Part shown: in pieces, positions 51,001-61,750 of the stretch
How the letters are laid out: each line of letters begins with the position of its first letter
How positions within the stretch are numbered: the first letter of the stretch is position 1
From: Amoebophrya sp. A120
Lineage: Eukaryota; Protista; Dinoflagellata
Length of the DNA stretch: 64,000 nucleotides
Assembly (NCBI GenBank): GCA_905178155.1
Contig: CAJINV010000020.1
Location: 434,001 to 498,000 of the forward strand
Direction: 5' to 3'
Translations under genes and position numbers: made by a program
Notes under the pieces: model-generated
What the model was told of the DNA's origin: nothing
The model's database searches: none
What the model saw: the letters and a program-made list of their open reading frames with translations, nothing else

Positions 51001-54000
51001 TTCGAGCCGGTGCGGAGGAAGAGAGATCGGCGTCGTGCGCTGGTGGACGAGGGGGAGGAGGGGAAACATGACGTGTTCGTTAAAACAAGTGATAGAAATA
51101 GTTTCTACTTCTACAACTGGCTGTTCGCACCGTGGTCTACTTCTTCGACGGCGCTACGACGGATGTTGACCTCCTCCTCGGGCAGCAGTTCCTCCGCGGG
51201 GCAGACCTTCCGCATCACCGCCACACTGGCCGTGGACGACGCTTCCACCAAAGAAAAAATCGTGGCGGCCACCGCGGACAAGGACGCGCTGGCCGCGAGC
51301 ATGGCGACCACCATCGCCACGGAGGCTGCCGAGAAGGTGCCTGGGCTAAAAGTGGAGTCCATGGCCGTGGACACGAGCGCGAGCGACGGGTTTCTGGCCC
51401 CCACGAAGACCGGGGCCGGGTTCGCCAGTCTGGCCATGGACGGGGTTTTCCGTTCGCACGTCGAGCTAGCGACCAGCACGGAGTTCAAGACCGCGTTCAA
51501 AGGCGCTGTGGCAACCGCACTGGACGTGAACGCCACCGCGGTCATCTCTAATGTGGAGGTGGTCAGTACGCCCCCGCCGCCGAGCTTCAGCATAGGCGTC
51601 ACGGTGACTAACAACAACGCGAACGCGGCCACCCGAATGTTGCGCATGCTTATCAAATCTGCAAATATTTTTTGTCTGGGCTGCTGGAGTACATGACTTG
51701 TGATGCGGAGTCATGCATGAAGAGGGGTGCTGCAGCATTTGCATTTCTAGGTGCAGCGGAGCAACATGCCAGGACCAGGTTTATTTCAGAATTCTCTCTA
51801 CTTGTTTGCAGTGCGCCTGCTCAGCACTGAAAACTGTGCACGGCTGCATCAGATCAAATACGCTGCTCTCTTGCCGGTCATGCAACGCATTACAGACTTT
51901 GATTTGTTTCCTGGAGTGGCAGACAAGCAACACTAGTTCCAACTAAGTATTTCCCGGAGAGCCAAGACATATTTGCACTTGATAATGCTGCGGGGCCTTC
52001 TATTCTTCGCAAGTGAAGATGCTGACGCTGAGGACGAGGTTGCTGGAACAACAAGCTATGCGGATGAAGCAGCTGCAGCACCCAGAACAAGAAATCTGGG
52101 GGTAAAAACGTTCCACCACCTGGAAATCAAAACCGCACTGAACGTTCCCGAGGACGACGCCGCGCTGCGCAACAAGATCATCGGCGCGACCCGCGACGCG
52201 GCCACCTTTTCCACCAAAGTGTCGAAGGCGACGACACTGGCCATGCCGGCCGCGGAAGTGTACTCCTTGTACTTCAGTGCCACGAAGAGCGAGGGGTTTC
52301 TGTCCGAGACGCGGATCGCGGCCAACGCCCCCCCGCCCTCCTCAGTGGAGGAGGACAACAACTTTGGGCTCATTTTCGGGGCGGCCGCGGGCGGGGTTTT
52401 GGCTCTTGCCTTCGCAATCGGGTATTATTACCTGGCGAAAAAGAAGAGCAAAGAGGGCGACCAAGACAGCGAGCAGGGTACCGCGACCAGCAGCAGCTAC
52501 ACCACCGCAACATCTTCTGCGATTTTTTCCGCGGAAAAGGCGGAAAGCAAGCTCAGTTCCGAGCACAAGTTTCCCCCGCACCTGTTTCAGTGGAAGCCGC
52601 CGATTGTTCCCGCCGAGGAAACCGAGTCCGAATTCTCGAGCCAGGACACCAGCCTCTCCTCCCACCCGGCGCCACATCAGCGCCACGAGTACGCCGAGAA
52701 GTGGCGTGCGTATCGCGAGGGGCTGCTGCGCCCGCCCGCTTCTAAGGCCACGCCAGATCAAGAGGGTCGTGCCGAAGGAGCGGAACCGCAGCAAGGGGCG
52801 GCCACTGGAGCTGCTGAGGAGAAAAATGGGCAGTGGCTCCGCCGGGGCGGCCGGTGGTGGTTTCGCCCGGACCATGAGCAGCACTTGGAGCGCGAGATCA
52901 GAGCAGCGGAGGAAAGCAACCAAGTAGAACAACCAGCGGTAGCGGCCCAGTCAGCTGTGTCTGAGTCAGTCAGCCCGGACGGAGATAATCACGACCAGCC
53001 CCCGACTCCACCGACGGAAGCAGAACTGGAGCGGAGCAGCGCGACGAGTAGCAGTTCCTCCACCGAGGAGCCCGCGCTACGCGTGCCCACCTACGTGCGG
53101 CCAAAACCGCGCGAGACCGTGACCGATCCCGCCGACGTGCACCCGAGTATACATAGCGACTCGTACGTCGCACCGCTCGACCCCTCGCACTTTTTCGAGA
53201 GCGCCATTGCGTACACCACCGCCAATCAAGATGCGCTGCCCACTAGTCGGAAGTCCGTAGAGCGGTTCCACGCGGACCGCAGCGCGAATATGCTGCGGCT
53301 CCTGGACGAGGCGGGGGACGGCAGTTATCAAGTGTAAAAATGTCTGGGTCTGGATCTGGAAGAATGCAAGTTTGTCATGCTTGTCTGGCATGACTCTTAA
53401 ATCTGTCATGCACATTACCAAAGAGCCTCACTCTTCTGTCATGCAGAAACGCAGTTTGTCATGCAGAATAGGCAACACCTAGAAGCTCAGAAACTTGTGA
53501 TGCTGCGCCAGCATTTGTGGCGTCATCATGAGAGGCCACCCAGCATCACAAGTTTCCAGACCCAGACATTTTTACTTTTGATAGCAGGCGAAGGAGCACG
53601 ACGAAGCGGGTGTCGCTGGCCGGGGAGCGGAGCGTCGTGCTAATTGGTGACACGGATGAGGATATGCATTGCAAATATGTCTGGGTCTGGAAGAGTGTAA
53701 ACTTGTCATGCAGGCTTCCCATGACCTTGAGGTCGGGAATGCGGGACCTAGCATGAGCATGACAGAGTTTGTGAGGTCTCTGCCGTGCCTATCCTGCATG
53801 AGAAAGTCCCTCCAAACCTGGTCGAAAGTGGACAGCTTTTGGCACTCGTGCAACACAGATTTCTGCATGATTCGGCTTTGCGGCCCCCTCTTTTTCGACG
53901 CGTTCGGACTGAGGATTGTTCCGCTTGGCCTAAGCAGCATCACCTCAGGCTTCCAGGCTTCCGATTTAGCATGGCAAGTTGCAATCTTCCAGACGCCGAC

Positions 54001-57000
54001 ATTTTTGCAATCCATAGAGGAGAGTACGGGTTCGAAAACACAGAAAAAGTACGACCCCGACGCACTGTCCCTCGATGCGGTGGTAGTGGAGCGCCAAGGG
54101 TCGTCCGATGAGTCTTCGGAGGACGGAGCAGCTGTTGAAAAGAACAGGAACACCACCACGGAAAATGACATGCTCGCCCCGGACGAGGTCGCAGAGCTGG
54201 AACAGCTGCAGCGCCCGACGACCTCCGATATGAATGACTACATTCTGGCCAGCATGGCGCACACCGTTGTTGACCACACGCAGCACGTGGACTACAGCCA
54301 CCTCAGTGGGTTTTTTAACTACAACTTCAACGAGGAATATCGCAAGAAAAAACTGTTTCACTGTGAACTTGTGATGCATAGAATGGAACACAGGACTATT
54401 TGTCTTGCTACACCTACAAGACCTTGACTCTTTAGTGGTGTTTTCCCATTGAAAGCGCGCACCATGGCAAATTTTCTGTGTCATGTGTAACAAACTTGTG
54501 ATGCAGATCTTGCAAAATGATCACAGTGAAACAGTTTTTTCGTGGGATAAGGAAGAGAAGCACGAGCCCTCCGAGGACGGCGTTACGGTCGCCTCGATGG
54601 TCCAAAGGAAAAAGAAGCGGCGCAAGCGCCGGAGCAAAAATCGTGCGAGCGAGAACAGTATGATCACAGTGGAGAAGAATGTGGTTCTCGACGGCGAGGC
54701 CGCGAATAGTGCGAATGGCGCATTAGCTTTAGCTGCTTCTGGGAATGCGGAAGGAACAACTGACGAAGCAGTAGTAGATCAGGCCGAAGGGAACAACAAT
54801 TTGTCTTCCACACGCCGCACATCAAGTACCGCTGCGCAAGTCGCCGCGGCGCCCTTTCGCTTCTTCACGGGGGGATTTTCTTCTCTGCTACTACGAGGAC
54901 CTGGGAATATTAATGGATCTGCGTCTAGTACTTCTGCGCCGTCGAAAATAAAGATCGGCGCAGCTACTAGTACAACTGCCGATGAACAAGTCGAAGCCCC
55001 CGCACTTGAAGTCGAAATGACCGCTGCCGCAGTCGCTGACGACGTGCGGAGCGCTGGGTCGTCCTCTGGTCGTCGCGCCGGCACGGCTGCTGCACCAGGG
55101 GATAATGCACAAGAAAGGACATCAAGCGGCGAAGTAGATTACGCGACGGCAACAAGTCCGGGCAGTTTGGGTCTGGGATCATTCGAGTTGGCCATCGTGG
55201 ACGAGAAGTCTCCCAGCACGGAAGAAGTTTCTGGAGAACAAGCCGATGTTGCAGATGCACCTACAACGCCGACGTCGATACTAGACGTTGCCCTGTTGAC
55301 CACAGGAGCGGCACCTTCTGCTGGCGAAGGGGCCGACGCGCGTATAGGAGAACAAGAACCCACCTCGCTGTTTGACGGTGGATATCTTTCGTCTTTTGCC
55401 GCGTCAGCTGCACAGCAGGTACTAAACATCATGGATTTTTTAGAGCCGTACACATCAACAATAAATGACACCTCCAGAACCTTTTTTCTCGATGAGGTTG
55501 CTTGTGCCCTGTTCAGCGCAAGATGATGGGACGGAACAAGATAAGAATTACGCAGGAGAGCACGTTCTTGCATAGGCTGTGGCCAGCACTTCTGCTAAGT
55601 CGACCGATGCTTCTGTAGTTGACCATGCATCTTCGACCACTTTCATCTCAGTTGTATGTGTATCCAAACTTGAAAAATTGAAATCACCACTTCTATAACA
55701 GGTGGAGCAAAAATCCGAACCGGCTCAAGAAGCTACAGCAGGCATTGCGGTTGTACCAAATTTTCCGTCGGTCATGGACAAGGTGGAACCTCCTCCACCT
55801 CCGGACGACAATAATATGGACCCGGCGCAGTTGGTTTCGGTCCTGGTGATTCCGCCATCGGAAAGTGAGAAGCCTTCGGACAGCGAGAAGCCAACACCGC
55901 GGGAGGGCGTGGGGGCAGCGCCCTCGTGGACGTCGCCAGACGCGGTAATATCGCCATGGCCTTGGGCCTCTGTACTGCAAAAGTCATCTTCGGCAGAAGA
56001 TCCTGAGCAAGTGGAAGTAGATGCAATGGGAACTACGGATCCCACATCAAAAATCTGGAACCCATACGACACGGTCCCCGCGGTAGATCTGACATACGGA
56101 GGGTTATTTTTGCCCACATCTACTACTACCCAGGAAGTACAAGTAGAGACACAACAAGACGAAGAAAATAAAGAGAACTACGCCGGCACAGCAGCGATAG
56201 AAGACGTCGTAGTACTCGAAGCTCCAGAAGGAAAACAAGACACTGCAGCTACCTCTACGCAACTGGACAATAACGTCGACTTTATGTCCCTCCTGGTCTC
56301 CAGTTTCGCCGCATCGCTCGTTCCCTCCTCGACGGATTCACCGCAGGATGAACAAGCTGATAGAAATAAATCATCCGATAATTCCAAAGAACCTCCGAAG
56401 ACGTCCGCTGAAAAATCAGTGGCAGGAGACGAAGCAGAAGTTGTGCAACAAGTAGATGGCCCTCAACTCGGCAGCAGCAGCAAGAAAAAGCTGAGCAAAA
56501 GTGCGGCCGCGTTCACTACCACTCTCCAGTCCGCCAGCTCGACCGGCGGCGCGCGCTTGCGACAAGCCGCGGGTGGCATGAGGAAGCTCGTGGACGCCAC
56601 CGCCGCCCGTGCCTTTAGAAGGTCCTGGGTTATGGGGAAATGGAAGACCTCCACGGAGACAGAGGATAGTTCTGCGAGAGTAGAATTACCGACGGAAGAT
56701 CAAGATCAGATCGAGAGTAGTCTGACAGTGGAAAGAATAGGCAAGATTAACGCAGAGGGTGGAAACAACGGTACCGCTTGTAGTTCCCTGGATGGAGCTC
56801 CTGTTCTTCCTGAACAAGTAGAACTAGCGTCGCCAACAGTTGCTGTCCCTGAAGATTATACTAATGGTCGTTCAGTGCAGGGGGAGGCTGTTGCTCAGCA
56901 AGAGGTGCGGAGTGATGTGCCGTCGTCCACGATTTCTCGAGCAGATGGTGCCACGAGGACCAGTGCTGATGTAGAAGGCGCTCCAAAAAATGTGGGAAGC

Positions 57001-59078
57001 TCTTCTACTGCACCTGCTGCTATTGGAAGTGCGCCACCAACCTCGGAGAAAGACCGAGTTGTAGTACAGGAAGAAGATGTTGGCTGCACTACTAGTTTCG
57101 AACTAGGACAACAAGCTGCCGAGGTGGAAGTAGCAAGTCATGCAACATCGAACAAAAGTACGGCTGCTCTTCCTGCTGTGCCCTTTTCAACATCAAGCGC
57201 AGATTTCTACACTTCCTCCTTTTACAACTACCCGACCCTGCTTTCTTCTCCACAAAAGGACGAGGAGCCCGATCTTGCTGCGCTGCAACAAGAGAATGGT
57301 TCTCCGCCACTGCCGGAAGCTGCGGAGAGTGAAAAAAGCCGAAGTTGTAGCACTCCTGGCAACAAGAACTTGTCCAGCTCTCTTCAGCCGTCATCAAATG
57401 AGAAGGTTGTAGTGCCGGAAGGTGAGGCAGCCAGTTATAATTTCCCGATGGTTCTTGCTACGTCCACGTCGGAAGTTGTACATCTAGAACAAAACGCGAT
57501 CAAGATGTCGACCCCTTCGTCTTCAACCGCGCAACAGAACAAATCGCAAACACCTCCTGCTTCAGAGCTACCGAAAGCGCAGGGAGGAAATTATTACGGC
57601 GGAGTTACGAATAACACCTCCACCGCAGTTGAACCAAGAAAAGGAACAACGGCCAAACAACCTGAAAATAAAGTTCAAGTGGCACTGACGATGGAGAATC
57701 TGTATAGCATGTTCGACAATGGGGGAGCTGGTCTACCTCCGGTAACGCAGAGCTACGCTACAAGTTCCGCTTTTGACCGTGAACATGATCATGATGTTGA
57801 CTCGGTTTCGCTCGGTTCTCGCAGTCACGTCGGAGTAGAGCAAGACGACAGCGTGGCGAAGTTGCGCGAGTATCTACGTGCGAACGCAGGCCAGGCAGTT
57901 GCGTCTAGCACAACTCTTGCGAGGATGAACACGACCAGCAATAATAAAGCCGCTGCACGGGGCGGCGCTACGGAAGAATCACAGCAGCATCCTACCAAAG
58001 GGTCGTCGTCGTGGCAAACGTTTGGCGACGCAGCCGAGCAAGGTCCTCGAATATTAAATCCTGCGAAAAGTAGCGCATGGCAGCGCGATCCGCGCAACGG
58101 TAAGTGGATAGGGAGAAGCGGAGCTGAAAGCGAGTCCCGCTACTCGTCCACCTCTCGCGGGTATCCGAGGAAAAAACGTTGTTAGTGTAAATTTGTGATG
58201 CGCAACATGCAAGATGATTGCGTCTGTCATGCTTGGCATGCATCGTAGGGTCCATTAAAGGGCGTTTTCGCGTGCTATCTGCGCATGGCAGGTTTTTGCT
58301 GTGATGCCAGGCAAATTTGTAATGCTGTTCCTCCGAAAAAGTTACACCTACAAGGCTTTTTTCTTGGATAGCGGGCCGGGAAGCAGTGCCGCAGGTCGTC
58401 CCAGGACCGAAGATTCTTTCTCGCAATATTGAGAGGAAAAATCCCCCCTCCCCATATCGAAAAGGTATGTTTCCAAAAATTTGTGTTGCGGAATTGAGGT
58501 CACAAATCACCTCTGTCTTGCAAGAAGGCAAACCCAAAGAATACGCCGCCTTACTTATACAGGCGATTTGTAATGCTGTTTCACCTACATGGCAGGCCTC
58601 TCTTATGCCAAGCGCCTACAACAAAACACCCCCACGCAGGCTGAGGCTTTGCCTGTAGTGCCTCGCTGCAAGACAGGGCTGATTTGTGTACACAAATCCA
58701 GCAACAGAAGTTTCCGTTTCAATATGGGGAGGGGGGATTTTTCATTTTGATACGCAAAGATCGGTCCACAGTGGACGGACAAACAACAGCACTACTTCGG
58801 GTGCAGCGCAACACCGAGGCAGCTCTATCGAGGAACTGCGCTCCCGGCTGATGGGAAGAAATGGCGGCACAAATTATCTCCCCGGGGTCGCCGAACATCA
58901 ATCGGGGGAATCGGAATCCTCGTCCCGGCGACACCAGTTTGACGAGGATGATCTTCGCAGTGACTGGTCAGATACCCATACCGAGGATATAACCAGCGTG
59001 GATACCAGGTCGGGCGCCCCGGCCGCCGCGTCCGTCTTGGGCAGGATAAAAAACTTCAATCGGCAGAGCAGATCATGA
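42054..59078 (+). CDS. Giant cysteine-rich type I membrane/surface protein (~4400 aa)
   Basis: Signal peptide, dozens of CxC...C..C..GY repeats, Thr stalk (50658-50850), polybasic RRKR, TM helix (52363-52434) and a long low-complexity tail. Frame is continuous after removing 12 IEs and GT-AG intron 55497-55701, except across the N gap. Confidence 0.8.
42749..43027. mobile_element. Introner element, family A
   Basis: Perfect DR acctg. Splice GTC|DDGYHL. Confidence 0.92.
43363..43721. mobile_element. Introner element, family A (diverged)
   Basis: Ends tatcaatggcaaacat / atgtttgcaggtgata. DR ggtac/cgtgc. Splice HGT|TGTSCAVHD. Confidence 0.82.
44639..44917. mobile_element. Introner element, duplicate of 42749
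   Basis: Appears identical. DR acctg. Confidence 0.92.
45253..45609. mobile_element. Introner element, duplicate of 43363
   Basis: Same ends and DR, several indels inside. Confidence 0.82.
46291..46531. mobile_element. Introner element, family D-like
   Basis: DR acggt/acggg. Empty paralogous site at ~47530-47570. Confidence 0.88.
46534..47907 (+). repeat. 1017-bp-period coding repeat
   Basis: 46534-46890 matches 47551-47907, ending at the gap. Confidence 0.9.
47908..48007. other. Assembly gap (100 N)
   Basis: Run of N within the repeat array. Confidence 1.
48765..49067. mobile_element. Introner element, family A
   Basis: Perfect DR cccca. Splice ECP|SDGADKC. Confidence 0.9.
51651..51984. 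mobile_element. Introner element, family A (diverged)
   Basis: Perfect DR atgct. Confidence 0.88.
53326..53583. mobile_element. Introner element, family A
   Basis: Family A TIR. DR gcagt/gcagg. Confidence 0.9.
53663..54016. mobile_element. Introner element, family A
   Basis: Perfect DR gagga. Confidence 0.92.
54338..54549. mobile_element. Introner element, family D
   Basis: TIR ...gaaaaaactgtttcactgtga. Perfect DR aggaa. Confidence 0.92.
58162..58370. mobile_element. Introner element, family D
   Basis: Perfect DR gcggg. Confidence 0.9.
58427..58752. mobile_element. Introner element, family C
   Basis: Collinear with 29167. Perfect DR cgcaa. Confidence 0.92.
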
Positions 59079-60444
59079 TGAACCAACAGGGAAGATGAAA
59101 TAGACGCGATTTGTAGTAAAGCAGGAACATCACAAACTAGTACACTCGTCGCCGCGCTTCTTGTTGGAGAAACAGGACGTGCAGTAGAAAAGTATGCGAT
59201 AAACGTGAATGTCCCCAATGTTTAGCATGTTTTTCAAAGTCACAGGAACGTGAATCTGCCGAAGTACTTTGGTAGAGCAGTAGCAGTACGTGTCACTTCT
59301 GATGAATGTTGTGTCTACCACTTTCCACAAGCACACGACATACTGGCAATCTTAACAGCTACTTACAACGAATTTTTCGTTGGATCATCAAGAAGGAAGC
59401 TGCTATATTTACTTGTTAGTTTTACCCCCTAAGAGCAATAGTAAATGTACTTGTATACAACAACAGCTCCTGCATACTCCTACCAGTACAGGAACAGACC
59501 ACACTGTATGATCTGCTTGTCGTCCCTTTATTCGCCTTTTCCAGAAGAAGAAAATGAAAATTAGTCTCTACGTAGACGTACGCATGAAATTTATACAGTT
59601 TGTTTCTGAGTTTCTGTATTGTTATTTCCAAGTGTCGATGACGTAACTGTAATTCTAACTAACCCCCCATTCCTGGACAATAGGTTTATCAAAAATTCCG
59701 AATATGTCACTTGTGAGTTTGAGTTTGTACTTAATTGCAGCCACGATCTGTTTGTCGAAACGGACCGCGTAGAAGCAAAGCTTCTGCATTGATTAAACTC
59801 GAGCGCCTTCAGCTTGCCGTGTTCGTCTAAGTATCCATTCGTTTTTTTCCGGTGTCAATGCATTCCTTCGTTCCAGGGTTCTATGTGATTTCCAGAGCAG
59901 TTGCTTAAGTGACCAAATCGACGAAACAAAAGCTTAAAGCGTTCAAACTCCCGCTTCCCGTGAGCAAGACCAGTGACAACGCCAAATGGGAGGGGCAATG
60001 CTGCTATTTATTAAGTCAAAGAGCTGCGCATCTTCCCCATGATCATGTGCAAAATAAAATAACTACGGCAAAAATCTTGTTGTCGCGGCCTGGCGGTCCT
60101 CCGGGTGATGCTTACTAATATTGACACTATACATAGGTTGCTGTTGCAGTTCCTAGAAGTGGAGACCATCGGGGAAAGGCATCGGATAAAGATTGTGGCT
60201 CGACTCCGAGGAGCATGTCTGTGATGTCTGTCGGTACGTTCGTCGATTCTACTCTGTTTTGCTTTCTGTTGTCCAAAAAACGAAGGGTGTAAGCGTGTAA
60301 GTCGTCCAAAAAACCACGAAGCGTGTAGGAGCTTGGTGAAAACGAAGTGTGTAAGTGTTTACTCCCCACGCTTTCCGAAGTCTTGTTTTAAGACTTGAAT
60401 CATAGCTACCCTGACAACCAAAACCACGACAACTTCTCCGCGAG

Positions 60445-60852
60445 ATGGCCTCAAGAATGAAGAAGATCGCGTGCGGTGCTTTCACCGCGATGGGATCCGT
60501 AACCGGCAACGCGATGACAGTGACACAGTCCTGCGCCATCCAGTCCATTCACAATGGGGCTGGGTGCGGTGACGGTGCCGAGTGTCTCAATTACCATGCC
60601 GGCTGCTACAACAAGGGAGCGAATGATGTCGTCGACGGGACTGTTGATAGACCGAACATCTGCGCGCCGGCCTGCATCTCCGCGTCGCGGGCCTGGAAGG
60701 CGAAGCCGGAGTGTGCAGGTAGCGGGGTCGCGCAAATGCCGCTCCTGGACCCTGCCCTCTGCGCGTCCTCCGCCGCCCCGCAGAACGCGTGGACCGCCGC
60801 GACAGCCGCCGTCCTCGCCGCCGGAACGGTCGTCGGTGTGGGAGCGTTGTAA
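60445..60852 (+). CDS. Small Cys-rich, probably secreted/GPI-anchored protein
   Basis: 135-aa ORF with GC3-rich codons, several Cys and a hydrophobic C-terminus preceded by small residues (ASSAA). Confidence 0.6.
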   Translation: MASRMKKIACGAFTAMGSVTGNAMTVTQSCAIQSIHNGAGCGDGAECLNYHAGCYNKGANDVVDGTVDRPNICAPACISASRAWKAKPECAGSGVAQMPLLDPALCASSAAPQNAWTAATAAVLAAGTVVGVGAL

Positions 60853-61750
60853 CGATGGTGAACGAAGGCGAAGGGGAGGAACAAAGAGAATTATCGTGTC
60901 GACTTCTGATATGGCATCCGGAAGGGAAAACTGTAGTGATAAAGCTAAAAATAGAGAAAAAGAGCCCACAGAGCACTCGTTTTCAAAGAGTCCGCAGAGC
61001 AAAAAGGTTAGCTTCGCGCCATAGAAGTTAGCCTGTCCTAGTTTTTTTAATGCTAAGTGCGTGACGAGCAAGCTCGTAAGGTGTGTGCTTTTTTTTTGCT
61101 TTTACCGATCTTGATCTTCTGTAGGGTTGACGCAGTTTTGTTATTTCCATTATATATTCTACGACTTTCATGAATGTGAATCACCTACCGATAGTTGGTA
61201 CCCCTATTTGGTACTCTGATTCTGGGGTACCCCGGAGCCGCATCCTCCCTCGCTGGGTATAAGCGAATTCGCCCGTAAGGGTCCCGTCTCGGCGGAATGG
61301 AAAAAAAGTTGGGTTTCTGGATTTTATGATGATAATAACATTTTAATGGTAAAATAAAATCTTACCCGGCTACGTCCTTCCGCATCAAGGAAGCAGGTGG
61401 TTTTCCAGACTGTTTCCACCTGATGTTTCTCCTCGGCCCTACTACATTCTACTGATGCGTGTTGTGTGTTTAGTTTTACGTATTCGTAAAGTACTTATCA
61501 TCATCGTCGTTCTTCGACATGTTGAAGCAGAAGCCCCTGTTGAGCGGAATGATCTACAATGGATGATGAACAAGCTGACAACAGGCTTTACTCCAGCAAT
61601 GGATGACTGTTCCTTACGCGGCCTCATTGTTGCTTCTATGAGGCACAGATACTTGCTTGCTGACCGCCAGATCATGTAGTAACAGTGGGCCTTGTCACCT
61701 CGTAGCGACGAACGTGGTCCTCACCTCCAGTATTAGTAAGGAAGAATAAA

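Noticed and set aside
48988-51071. Overlapping long ORFs in other frames and on the minus strand
   Set aside because: By-products of GC3-rich repetitive codons in the giant gene.
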